From the NCBI GenBank assembly GCA_965217775.1, contig CBDCJH010000002.1, positions 5,472,001-5,536,000 on the forward strand: DNA of 64,000 bases, read 5' to 3'. Under the pieces are notes generated by a model. It was not told the DNA's origin and did not search any database. It worked only from the letters and a program-made list of their open reading frames with translations. Source of the stretch: Acidobacteriota bacterium. Lineage in GTDB: Bacteria > Acidobacteriota > UBA6911 > RPQK01 > JAJDTT01. Each line of letters starts with the position of its first letter. Position 1 is the first letter of the stretch. A program made the translations under genes and the position numbers. This document shows positions 39,266 to 48,228 of the stretch, piece after piece.

Positions 39266-40961
39266 CGCCGGCGGGGAAACGCCGGAAATCCACATCGAGA
39301 TGGATGTCGAGGTCCCGGTCCGGGACGGCCTCGTCCTCCGCGCCAACGTCTTTCGGCCCGAGGGCCCCTCTCCCTGTCCCGGCCTGCTGATGCGGACCCC
39401 TTACGGGAAGCCGGACAGCGGGTTCGAACCGTTCGTGCGGGCCGGCTACGCGGTGGTCGCCCAGGACAGCCGCGGCCGCTATGCCTCCGGAGGGGAGTAC
39501 GTCCCGTTCACGGTGGAGCGGACTCAGGATGGGGAGGACGGGTACGACAGCGTGGAGTGGCTGGCCCTGCAGCCTTGGTGCAACGGCAAGGTGGGCACCT
39601 TCGGAGTCTCGTACAACGGCTGGATGCAGTGGTCCCTGGCCCGTCTCCGGCCGCCTCACCTGGTGGCCATGTGCGCCAATTCCATCCCCCTGGAGATCAC
39701 CGACCTGGACTGGTGGGGCTCCTTCCGTCCGGGCCGCCGGGTCAAATGGTGGATGACCAACATCGCCCCGGACCTGCGCCGCCGCCATGGGCTGCCTCCG
39801 CCCCACACACCGGAGCAGGCCGAGGAGATCTGGGACGAGCAGGAGCAGATGCGCTGGATCTGGTTCCTCCCCTGGATGGATCTTCCCAGGTACCTTCCGC
39901 CGGGGCTTCGGGAATATGCGCGGGACTGGTTCCAAGACCCGGCCCGCCGCTGCTGGCGATTCGACCGGGTCCACCACGAGGTGGAGGTCCCCAACCTGGA
40001 CTTCAGCGGCTGGTACGATCACTGCAACGGTTCCATGGGACACTTGCAACTGATGCAGAAGCACGCCCGTACTGCGGAGGCGCGCGAACAGACCCGGCTC
40101 ATCATCGGACCCTGGAATCATAAGCACCTGGGGGAGCGCGCCCTCGGCTCCATCGACTACGGACCCGGGGCCCAGGTCGACCTGAGCCAGGTGATGATTC
40201 GCTGGTTCGACCATTGGCTCAAGGGAACCGGAGACGGACTGCGGCGGGAGGCGCCGGTGCGGTACTTCGTCATGGGATCGCAGGTTTGGAAAGGGGCCCA
40301 GACCTGGCCTCCACAGGATGGCATCGGCCAGTGCAAGTTCTATCTGGACAGCGACGGCGACGCCCATCGTCCGGACGGCTCAGGCAGTCTGCTGGCGTCG
40401 GCTCCATCGCGGTCCGGTGGAGATGCTTACGACTACGATCCCCAGGATCCGGTCCCGACGCTCTGGAGCCCGGAGATGTTCACCCAATCCTCCGATCGCT
40501 CCGCCCTCTCCCATCGCCGGGACATCCTGAACTACCGGACCGGTCCCCTGGAGCAGGAGGTGGAGGTGGTCGGCTACCCCGAGGCCGTCCTCTTCGCCTC
40601 GACCTCGGCCCGGGACACGGACTTCTTCGCCCGGCTCGTGGACGAACATCCCGACGGCCGGGCCTTGGACGTCGGTTACGGCATGGTCCGCGCCCGGCAC
40701 CGGATCTCCATGGATCGGGAGGACTTGGCGACTCCGGGTGAGATCGTCGAGTACCCCATCAGGCTGGGACCGACCGCCTGCCGGTTTCTCAAAGGACATC
40801 GAATCCGGGTGGAGATCACCAGCAGCGACTTCCCGAACCACGATCGCAACCACAATACCGGAGGGAACGATCTGGCCGAGACCGAGCTGGTGACGGCCCG
40901 TCAGGTGATCCACCACTCCCGGAGAAACCCTTCCCGGATCGTGCTTCCAGTAGCACGTTGA
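39258..40961 (+). CDS. CocE/NonD family hydrolase
   Basis: RTPYGK, QDSRGRYAS, GVSYNG nucleophile, GWYD, IGPWNH, HRIRVEITSSDFP. Confidence 0.93.
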   Translation: MPDAGGETPEIHIEMDVEVPVRDGLVLRANVFRPEGPSPCPGLLMRTPYGKPDSGFEPFVRAGYAVVAQDSRGRYASGGEYVPFTVERTQDGEDGYDSVEWLALQPWCNGKVGTFGVSYNGWMQWSLARLRPPHLVAMCANSIPLEITDLDWWGSFRPGRRVKWWMTNIAPDLRRRHGLPPPHTPEQAEEIWDEQEQMRWIWFLPWMDLPRYLPPGLREYARDWFQDPARRCWRFDRVHHEVEVPNLDFSGWYDHCNGSMGHLQLMQKHARTAEAREQTRLIIGPWNHKHLGERALGSIDYGPGAQVDLSQVMIRWFDHWLKGTGDGLRREAPVRYFVMGSQVWKGAQTWPPQDGIGQCKFYLDSDGDAHRPDGSGSLLASAPSRSGGDAYDYDPQDPVPTLWSPEMFTQSSDRSALSHRRDILNYRTGPLEQEVEVVGYPEAVLFASTSARDTDFFARLVDEHPDGRALDVGYGMVRARHRISMDREDLATPGEIVEYPIRLGPTACRFLKGHRIRVEITSSDFPNHDRNHNTGGNDLAETELVTARQVIHHSRRNPSRIVLPVAR

Positions 40962-40990
40962 CCGAAAAGTTTTCCCGCCAACGCGGCTGA

Positions 40991-41040
40991 TTTGCTATTA
41001 ATAGCGAAAATCGACGCCAGTTTTGCTATCAATAGCAAAA
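40991..41040. promoter_or_regulatory. Pair of AT-rich palindromes, 31 bp apart
   Basis: TTTGCTATTAATAGCGAAA and TTTTGCTATCAATAGCAAAA. Confidence 0.45.
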
Positions 41041-41048
41041 CTTTCCTA

Positions 41049-41126
41049 GGAGGGGGACATTTTTGTCCCCCATTCTTTCTTGCCCAAACGTCAATGGGAG
41101 TTCGGCGGTTAGAAATCGCCGCTCCC
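41049..41126. repeat. Two convergent GGAG-type REP-like hairpins
   Basis: GGAGGGGGACATTTTTGTCCCCC (+) and GGGAGCGGCGATTTCTAACCGCCGAACTCC (-). Confidence 0.7.
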
Positions 41127-41206
41127 AACTCGAAGGGCTCGGGGCAGACGTCTGGAACGGTACTTGGCGTTTCCGATAGACTACCCGCTGAACCCAGGCG
41201 CCTCCC

Positions 41207-42031
41207 ATGCCGGCTCCGAAACTCGAATTCAGGAAAGTGACCGGTCATTGCGGCGCCGAAGTGCACGGCATCGACCTTGCCCGGCCGCTCGGCGCGGAGG
41301 TGGTGGACGTTCTCTCCAACGCACTGGCCGAACACTGCGTCCTCTTCTTCCACGAACAGTCCATGACTCCGGCCCAGCAGAAGGCGCTGGGCCGCCATTT
41401 CGGTGAATTGCACATTCATCCGGCGTGGCCCCGGTTGGTCGACGGCCATCCGGAAGTCATGGAAATCTACGCCGACGAGAACACCCGCCGGATCGCCGGG
41501 GAAGACTGGCATTCGGATGTCTCCTGCGACCGGGAGCCGCCGCTGGGGACGATCCTGCAGATGCTGGAGGTGCCGCCGGTAGGGGGCGATACCCTGTTCG
41601 CCAACATGTACGCGGCCTACGAGTCACTGTCGACGCCGATGCGGCGTTTGCTGGACGGAATGACCGCGATCCACGATGGAGAGTATGTCTACCGGGGCCG
41701 TTACGATGGCGCCGACGATGAGGGGAAGACCTTCCCCAGATCGGAGCATCCCGTCGGCCGGACCCATCCGGTGAGCGGACGCAAGGCGCTCTTCGTCAAC
41801 CGCCTCTTCACGACCCGTATCGTTCAGCTCTCGAAGCGGGAGAGCGACGCGGTCCTCGGTTTTTTGGTGGAGCACGCCGCGAGCCCCATGTTCCAGTGCC
41901 GGTTCCGCTGGCGTCCCGGATCGGTGGCGTTCTGGGACAACCGCTGCGCCCAGCACTACGCCCTGTGGGACTATTATCCGAACCGGCGCCGCGGGTTGCG
42001 CGTCACCATCAAGGGCGATCGGCCGCGTTAA
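41207..42031 (+). CDS. TauD/TfdA family 2-oxoglutarate-dependent dioxygenase
   Basis: WHSD, GGDTLF, HP..RTHP.SGRKALFVN, WDNR..QHYA, RVTI.GD. Confidence 0.92.
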   Translation: MPAPKLEFRKVTGHCGAEVHGIDLARPLGAEVVDVLSNALAEHCVLFFHEQSMTPAQQKALGRHFGELHIHPAWPRLVDGHPEVMEIYADENTRRIAGEDWHSDVSCDREPPLGTILQMLEVPPVGGDTLFANMYAAYESLSTPMRRLLDGMTAIHDGEYVYRGRYDGADDEGKTFPRSEHPVGRTHPVSGRKALFVNRLFTTRIVQLSKRESDAVLGFLVEHAASPMFQCRFRWRPGSVAFWDNRCAQHYALWDYYPNRRRGLRVTIKGDRPR

Positions 42032-42189
42032 CAGTCCGTGGTGAAAGTCCTGCGAGCACCGAGACCGTTCCTGCGCCCGCCGGACAAGGCGCGATTCGGG
42101 TGCATACCGGGAGTATGTGCCCGAATCGCAACGCCGTCCGCCGGGATGCAGGGACGGTCGAATGCCGTGATGACTTTTGCCACGGGCTG
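42032..42189. mobile_element. 158-bp fold-back MITE flanked by TTAA
   Basis: Ends CAGTCCGTGGTGAAAGTC / GACTTTTGCCACGGGCTG; TTAA at 42028-42031 and 42190-42193; imperfect palindrome over its whole length. Confidence 0.75.
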
Positions 42190-42199
42190 TTAAGGCGGT

Positions 42200-43825
42200 T
42201 CAATACTTGATCCGGAGTTGCACGCCGCAGAGAGTTGCCCCGTCGCGACCCACGTTTGCGTCTTCCGGGAGCGAGACCTCCAGCGTGTTCTCTCCGGTCC
42301 TCAGGGGCGGAGCGCTCAGCGCATAGGCGACCGGGTACTTGCACTCGCCATCATGCGGACTCTCCACTGACCCTTTCTCTAAAGACACGCCGTTGAGACG
42401 CAGCCGTAGTGGATCCTCTGCCGTGGGTCTTTGCAGCCTCAACTCCAGTCGGATCTCGGCCGGCGCCCCCGCCGGGGCGTTCGGGGCCAACTCATCGGCC
42501 ACGGCCAGCGTGAACTCATGGGAGGTGCCTCTCTGGACCAAGCGCGGCAGAGGCGTCGGACTGGACACGAACGCGTAGTGTTCGAAGGCCTGGGCGTCGA
42601 GGCCGTAGAGCTTGGTCTTTCCCGCCAGTGTCTCCGGCTCGCCGATCTCGTCGAGAGCCGCGTGCCGTTGATCCTTCACCTCTTGGGGACCGAACATGTT
42701 CCAGAGGTAGCTTCCGTCGGCTCCGGCTCGGCGCCAATTGGCCGCCAACGCCCTCATCTGTTCCACTATGGAGCCCCTCAACCGGGTTCCCGTGTTGAAG
42801 CAGGGATAGACCAGCACGCCGTGCTTCTGAGCCGCCCGGGCGAATTCGGCCACGTCCAGCGAATTCGGAGCGTACCCCCCGCCTGCGATCAGGATGTCCA
42901 CCAATCCCTCCCGCGCCCACTGCTCCAGGTCCAGCCCGATTCCCCTGGAAAGATGGAAGCTGTCCGGGACCCGAGCGGCCAGAAGCAGGGGACGCCCGCG
43001 GCGAGTGGCGATCTCATCCATTGAGCGGCGAATGCGGCGCAGGAAGCCGGTCATGACGGCAACCTCTCCGTCGCCGACCGGCACTCCCCGCATCGATGAG
43101 CTGAAGTACACGGGCTGGCGGATGAAGTCCAGCTCGATTCCGTCGATGTCGTATCGTTGGCACACCTCTTCGATGATCTCGAGCTTGCGCCGACGAACCT
43201 CCTGGTGGACGAAGTCCTGGGCCGTGACGTACAACTTCCGCTCGGGCAACATCCCGGTCCGGTCCACCAGGAACTGGGGGTGGTTCCTCTTCCAGTGGGT
43301 GATCCAGCGGTACCACATGCTGTCGTGCACGTCGTTCATGCGCAACGACGCGAATGCCTCCATCCCGTTAGCGTGGCAGAAGTCCACCACTACTTGCAGG
43401 GGACAGTGTCCGGCCTCGATCAGCGATTTGAGATTCGAGATCATGGGACCCATACGCGGGGCCGGATGGGCGTGGGCGGGGCCGAAGACCGGCTGGACCC
43501 TGCTGTCGTAGTTGGGCGCGTCCCCCTTGGTGATGGACCAGGCGACGGTATCGACCTGGGTGCCGGCCAGCCGTTTCAAACGAATTCCCAGGAACCCCTC
43601 CGGCGTGCTCGAATCCGCGTCGTGCAGGTCGCCGCCATCGTCATTGAAGATGATGCGCCGTGGCTTGGCGGCGGCCTCTTTGCGTGCTCGAACGACCTCC
43701 ACCGCTACTACGGTACCCGCTGGGTCGGAGCTGTCGGCGGGCGCCTCAGGAGCCGGGGACTGGGTAGTGCAGGCCAGCGGCAACAGGACCAGAAGAAGAC
43801 AACAGCCGGTCGAACGCGTGTACAT
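42200..43825 (-). CDS. GHL10/DUF187-like TIM-barrel lipoprotein
   Basis: LAC lipobox; FNDDGG, SLRMNDVH, YDIDGIELDF. Confidence 0.75.
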   Translation of the reverse strand: MYTRSTGCCLLLVLLPLACTTQSPAPEAPADSSDPAGTVVAVEVVRARKEAAAKPRRIIFNDDGGDLHDADSSTPEGFLGIRLKRLAGTQVDTVAWSITKGDAPNYDSRVQPVFGPAHAHPAPRMGPMISNLKSLIEAGHCPLQVVVDFCHANGMEAFASLRMNDVHDSMWYRWITHWKRNHPQFLVDRTGMLPERKLYVTAQDFVHQEVRRRKLEIIEEVCQRYDIDGIELDFIRQPVYFSSSMRGVPVGDGEVAVMTGFLRRIRRSMDEIATRRGRPLLLAARVPDSFHLSRGIGLDLEQWAREGLVDILIAGGGYAPNSLDVAEFARAAQKHGVLVYPCFNTGTRLRGSIVEQMRALAANWRRAGADGSYLWNMFGPQEVKDQRHAALDEIGEPETLAGKTKLYGLDAQAFEHYAFVSSPTPLPRLVQRGTSHEFTLAVADELAPNAPAGAPAEIRLELRLQRPTAEDPLRLRLNGVSLEKGSVESPHDGECKYPVAYALSAPPLRTGENTLEVSLPEDANVGRDGATLCGVQLRIKY

Positions 43826-43906
43826 AAGTGGCAACCTCAAAGGATATCGGGGGAAACGGGAGGCCTGCCGGCGCGGGTTCCCGGGTGCCCACTGGTTCCC
43901 GAGCCG

Positions 43907-45184
43907 TCAGGGCAGATTCTCCAAGCGCCAGAACCGGCCCCGAAGGATCTTGTCCCGCTTGTAGGCGCCGAAGGTCAGGAACCGGTTCTTGGAGACTTCG
44001 ATGGTCGCCGGCACCGAGGCGCCGTAGTGGTCCACCTTGCCCACGTTCCGGTACGCCGGAAACACCACGAACTTCTTGGCCTTCGCCGGTAACTTGGTGC
44101 CCTCTTCGGTGCCGTCGAGCCAGATCTTCCCTCCGTTCAGACTGATTCGGAGCGCATGGTCGCCAGTATTCTCTCGTTGTCCCGGGTCCTGACCCGCGTG
44201 GCTGGCCAGGACCAGCCAGTCATCCTCGGTCCAGATCATGGACCAGCGGTAGCTGGCAAATCCGAACAAGCCGCCGGGCACCTCCCGGAAGGATCGGCCG
44301 CCGTCGGTCGATTCCAGCAGGATGCCGTTCTTGTAGGCCCAGTCGGGCATGTAGTTGGGCGGCGTCATGTCCATGGCGCTCAGCTTCCGGATCGCCTGAA
44401 GGTCCTCGCCCGGCAGGCCTTTCCTCTGGATTCGGGTGGCCGCGAAGATGTGGTCCGGGTCGTTGGGGTCCACGGCGTAGGCGGTCTCGGTGGCGTGCTG
44501 GTGGACGATGCTGGGATCTCCCCAGGTTTTCCCTCCGTCCCGGGTGCGGACCATCACGTCGCGGATGCCGGGTCGGGACTGATCCTCCTGATGCCAGTCA
44601 TCCCAATCGGGGTAGCGCATGCTGAGGGAAAAGAAGGCGGTCCCGTCGGGCCGCTCCACGAAGTTGGGGTGGCACCAGGCAGTCTCCATCATCGTATAGG
44701 GGTCCGCGTCGGGGTCGGGAGCGAAGCGGCCGTACTCGATCTCCCGGCTCTCCCAGGTCCGGCCGCCGTCCGTGGATTTCGAGAAAAAGACCCTCCGGTC
44801 TTTGTATTCCATGGACTTGCCGTCGGCAGTGTAGGTCGGGGGGGCCTGATGGAGCAGCCAGAGACTGCCGTCCCGGGCGACGTGAAAGCCTGCCAAATGC
44901 TGGCCGGGAGGGGCCTGGGGGAATTCGACCGGAATCGTCTCCCAGGTCCGGCCCCGATCCTTGCTCCGGAAGAGGCCCGGCTTCGGTTCCCCGGTGTTGA
45001 GCCAGATGGCTCCGTCCGGTCCGTGAACCACGTTATAGGCATCCAGGTCGGCGCGCGCCGGAGCGAGGATCACCTCGTCTTCGATGAAGAGCCGGACGTC
45101 CGCCAGGCTACCTCCGGCCCACACGGGCACGGCGGCCAAACTGAACACGAACAATGTGATTACGGAGTCGATTCGTTTCGGCAT
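43907..45184 (-). CDS. BNR/Asp-box protein, tandem copy 1
   Basis: SKDRGRTW, STDGGRTW, TRDGGKTW, STDGGRSF; SPase I-type signal (VWA-GGS). Confidence 0.85.
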   Translation of the reverse strand: MPKRIDSVITLFVFSLAAVPVWAGGSLADVRLFIEDEVILAPARADLDAYNVVHGPDGAIWLNTGEPKPGLFRSKDRGRTWETIPVEFPQAPPGQHLAGFHVARDGSLWLLHQAPPTYTADGKSMEYKDRRVFFSKSTDGGRTWESREIEYGRFAPDPDADPYTMMETAWCHPNFVERPDGTAFFSLSMRYPDWDDWHQEDQSRPGIRDVMVRTRDGGKTWGDPSIVHQHATETAYAVDPNDPDHIFAATRIQRKGLPGEDLQAIRKLSAMDMTPPNYMPDWAYKNGILLESTDGGRSFREVPGGLFGFASYRWSMIWTEDDWLVLASHAGQDPGQRENTGDHALRISLNGGKIWLDGTEEGTKLPAKAKKFVVFPAYRNVGKVDHYGASVPATIEVSKNRFLTFGAYKRDKILRGRFWRLENLP

Positions 45185-45212
45185 GAGCTGTCCTCTCCTG
45201 TTTCGGGTAAGG

Positions 45213-45295
45213 AGGGCGGCCACAAGGGCCGCCCCAACGGTTCCCATCTGCGTCATCGTAGCGGCAACGGTAGGGGCACCCCTCGTGGGTGCCCT
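45213..45295. repeat. Inverted pair of GTAG-type REP-like palindromes
   Basis: AGGGCGGCCACAAGGGCCGCCCCAAC and GTAGGGGCACCCCTCGTGGGTGCCCT. Confidence 0.75.
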
Positions 45296-45373
45296 CGTTG
45301 ACAACGTGGCGGAATATCCCATTCCAGGTGGGGCCGGGGTGCTCGGATCAGCGTCATGCAGCTCGCCCCGCCA

Positions 45374-46654
45374 TCAGGGCAGATTCTCCAGGCGCCAGAA
45401 CCGGCCTCGGAGGATATTGTCCTTCTTGTAGGCAGCGAAGGTCAGGAACCGGTTCTTGGAGACTTCAACGGTCGCCGGCACCGAGGCGCTGTAGTGGTCC
45501 GCCTTGCCCACGTCCCGGTACGCCGGAAACACCGCGAACTTCTTGGCCTTCTCCGGTAACCTGGTGCCCTCTTCGGTGCCGTCGAGCCAGGACTTCCCTC
45601 CGTTCAGACTGATTCGGAGCACGTGGTCGCCTATAGAATCATTATTTTGTCCCGGGTCCTGACCCGCGTGGCTGGCCAGGACCAGCCAGTCGTCCTCGGT
45701 CCAGACCATGGACCAGCGGTAGCTGGCAAATCCGAACAAGCCGCCGGGCACCTCCCGGAAGGATCGGCCGCCGTCGGTCGATTCCAGCAGGATGCCGTTC
45801 TTGTAGGCCCAGTCGGGCATGTAGTTGGGCGGCGTCATGTCCATGGCGCTCAGTTTCCGGATCGCCTGAAGGTCTTCGCCCGGCAGGGCTTTCCTTTGGA
45901 TTCGGGTGGCCGCGAAGATGTGATCCGGGTCGTTGGGATCCACGGCGTAGGCGGTCTCGGCGACGAACTGGTGGACGATGGTGGGATCTCCCCAGGTTTT
46001 CCCCCCATCCCGGGTGCGGACAATCACGTCGCGGGCACCCGGGCGCGTCTGATCCGCCTGGGAGAAGTCGTCCCAGTGGTCGTAGCGCATGCTGAGGGAG
46101 AAGAAGGTGGTCCCGTCGGGCCGCTCCACGAAGTTGGGGTGACACCACGCGGCCTCCATGGATACATAGGGGTCCGCCTCGGGGTCGGGAGCGAAACCGC
46201 CGTAGTCGATCTCCCGGCTCTCCCAGGTCCGGCCGCCGTCCGTGGATTTCGAGAAAAAGACCCTCCGGTCCCTGTATTCGACGGACTTGCCGTCAACAGT
46301 GTAGGTCGGGACGGCCTGATGGAGCAACCAGAGACTGCCGTCCCGGGCGGCGTGAAAGCCTGCCGTATGCTGGCCGGGCGGGGCCTGGGAAAGCTCGACC
46401 GGAACCGTCTCCCAGGTCCGGCCCTGATCCTTGCTCCGGAAGAGGCCCGGCTTCGGTTCCCCGGTGTTGAGCCAAATGGCTCCGTCCGGTCCGCGAACCA
46501 CGTTGTAGGCGTCCAGGTCGGCGCTCGCCGGAGCCAGGATCACCTCGTCTTCGATGAAGAGCCGGATCTCCGCCAGGCTTCCTCCGGCCCAAGCGGTGAC
46601 GGCAGTCAAACTGAACACGAACCAAATAATTACGGAGTCGGTTCGTTTTGGCAT
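45374..46654 (-). CDS. BNR/Asp-box protein, tandem copy 2
   Basis: Highly similar to copy 1; AWA-GGS signal. Confidence 0.85.
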   Translation of the reverse strand: MPKRTDSVIIWFVFSLTAVTAWAGGSLAEIRLFIEDEVILAPASADLDAYNVVRGPDGAIWLNTGEPKPGLFRSKDQGRTWETVPVELSQAPPGQHTAGFHAARDGSLWLLHQAVPTYTVDGKSVEYRDRRVFFSKSTDGGRTWESREIDYGGFAPDPEADPYVSMEAAWCHPNFVERPDGTTFFSLSMRYDHWDDFSQADQTRPGARDVIVRTRDGGKTWGDPTIVHQFVAETAYAVDPNDPDHIFAATRIQRKALPGEDLQAIRKLSAMDMTPPNYMPDWAYKNGILLESTDGGRSFREVPGGLFGFASYRWSMVWTEDDWLVLASHAGQDPGQNNDSIGDHVLRISLNGGKSWLDGTEEGTRLPEKAKKFAVFPAYRDVGKADHYSASVPATVEVSKNRFLTFAAYKKDNILRGRFWRLENLP

Positions 46655-46682
46655 GAGATGTCTTCCCCTGTTTCGTCTGAAG

Positions 46683-46753
46683 AGGGCGGCCACAAGGGCC
46701 GCCCCTGCGGTCCCTATCTGGCTTATCGTAGCGGCACCCCTCGTGGGTGCCCT
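46683..46753. repeat. Inverted pair of GTAG-type REP-like palindromes
   Basis: Duplicate of 45213-45295 with a 12-bp deletion. Confidence 0.75.
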
Positions 46754-46831
46754 CGTTGACAACGTGGCGGAATGTCCCATGCCAAATGGGGCCGGGGTGC
46801 TCGGATCCGCGTCATGCAGTTCGCCCCGCCA

Positions 46832-48109
46832 TCAGGGCAGATTCTCCAGGCGCCAGAACCGGCCTCGGAGGATCCGGTCCTTCTTGTAGGTGCAAAAGGT
46901 CAGGAACCGGTTCTTGGCGATCTGGATGGTCGCCGGCACCGAGGCGCTGTAATGGTCCGCCTTGCCCACGTCCCGGTACCCCGGAACCACCGGAAACTTC
47001 TTTGCCTCCGCCGCGGTGGACGTCCCGCTTTCGGTGCCGTCGAGCCAAGTCTTCCCTCCGTTCAGACTGACTCGGAGCACTTGGTCGCCAGGACTCTTTC
47101 GTTGACCCGGATCCTGACCCGCGTTGCCGGCCAGGATCAACCAGTCGTCCTCCGTCCAGACCATGGACCAGCGGTAGCTGCCGAAGCCGAACAAGCCGCC
47201 AGACACTTCCCGGAAGGATCGGCCGCCGTCGGTCGATTCCAGCAGGATGCCGTTCTTGTAGGCCCAGTCGGGCATGTAGTTGGGCGGCGTCATGTCCATG
47301 GCGGTCAGTTTCCGGATCGCCTGCAGGTCCTCGCCCGGGAGGCCTTTCCTCTGGATTCGGGTCGTCGCGAAAATGTGGTCCGGGTCTTTGGGATCCACGG
47401 CGTAGGCGGTTTCGGTGGCGTGCTGGTGGACGATGGTGGGATCTCCCCAGGTCCGGCCCCCGTCCCGGGTGCGGACCATCACGTCGCGGACGCCGGGACG
47501 TGTCTGATCCTCCTGGGAGTAGTCCTCCCAATCGTCGTAGCGCATGCTGAGGGAGAAGAAGGCGCTCCCGTCGGGCCGCTCCACGAAGTTGGGGTGGCAC
47601 CAGGCGATGTCGATGGACGTATAGGGATCCGCCTCGGGGTCGGGAGCGAAGCGGCCCTGGTCGAGCTCCTGCGTCTCCCAGGTCCGGCCGCCGTCCGTGG
47701 AGATGGAGAAGAATCCCCGCCGGTCGGTGGACTCGATCGACTTGCCGTCGACGATGCGGTAGGGGGCGGCCTGGTGGACCAGCCAGAGGCTGCCGTCCCG
47801 GGCGGCGTGAAAGCCCGCCAGATGCTGTCCGGGTGGAACATCGGAGAGCTTGACGGGAAGCGTCTTCCAGGTTCGGCCTTCATCCGTGCTGCGAAAGAGG
47901 CCCGGTTCCAGTTCGCCGGTGTTGAGCCAAATGGCTCCGTCCGGTCCCCGAACCACGTTCTGGGCGTTCAGCCGGCTGCTCGCGGGAGCGAGGATCACCT
48001 CGTCTTCGATGAAGAGCTGGACGTCCGCCAGGCTTCCCCCCTCCGGAGCACCGCAGCCCGTCAGGGCAAAGGCCAAGAGTGTGATCATGGTGTCGAGTCG
48101 TCTTGACAT
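46832..48109 (-). CDS. BNR/Asp-box lipoprotein, tandem copy 3
   Basis: Same body as copies 1 and 2 but with an LTGC lipobox. Confidence 0.85.
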   Translation of the reverse strand: MSRRLDTMITLLAFALTGCGAPEGGSLADVQLFIEDEVILAPASSRLNAQNVVRGPDGAIWLNTGELEPGLFRSTDEGRTWKTLPVKLSDVPPGQHLAGFHAARDGSLWLVHQAAPYRIVDGKSIESTDRRGFFSISTDGGRTWETQELDQGRFAPDPEADPYTSIDIAWCHPNFVERPDGSAFFSLSMRYDDWEDYSQEDQTRPGVRDVMVRTRDGGRTWGDPTIVHQHATETAYAVDPKDPDHIFATTRIQRKGLPGEDLQAIRKLTAMDMTPPNYMPDWAYKNGILLESTDGGRSFREVSGGLFGFGSYRWSMVWTEDDWLILAGNAGQDPGQRKSPGDQVLRVSLNGGKTWLDGTESGTSTAAEAKKFPVVPGYRDVGKADHYSASVPATIQIAKNRFLTFCTYKKDRILRGRFWRLENLP

Positions 48110-48228
48110 GCGCTGTCTTCCCCTGTTTCTAATCGGGACCGAGTCTGCCGCCGTCGGCGAGTTTCCTCTATGATGAGGGCAATTGTCCGGACATATTTCT
48201 CTCTTTTGAGCTGGTTCAGGAGATTCTG

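Noticed and set aside
41153-41170. Sigma54 promoter upstream of the TauD gene (TGGAACGGTACTTGGC)
   Set aside because: GG-N10 is followed by GG rather than the required GC
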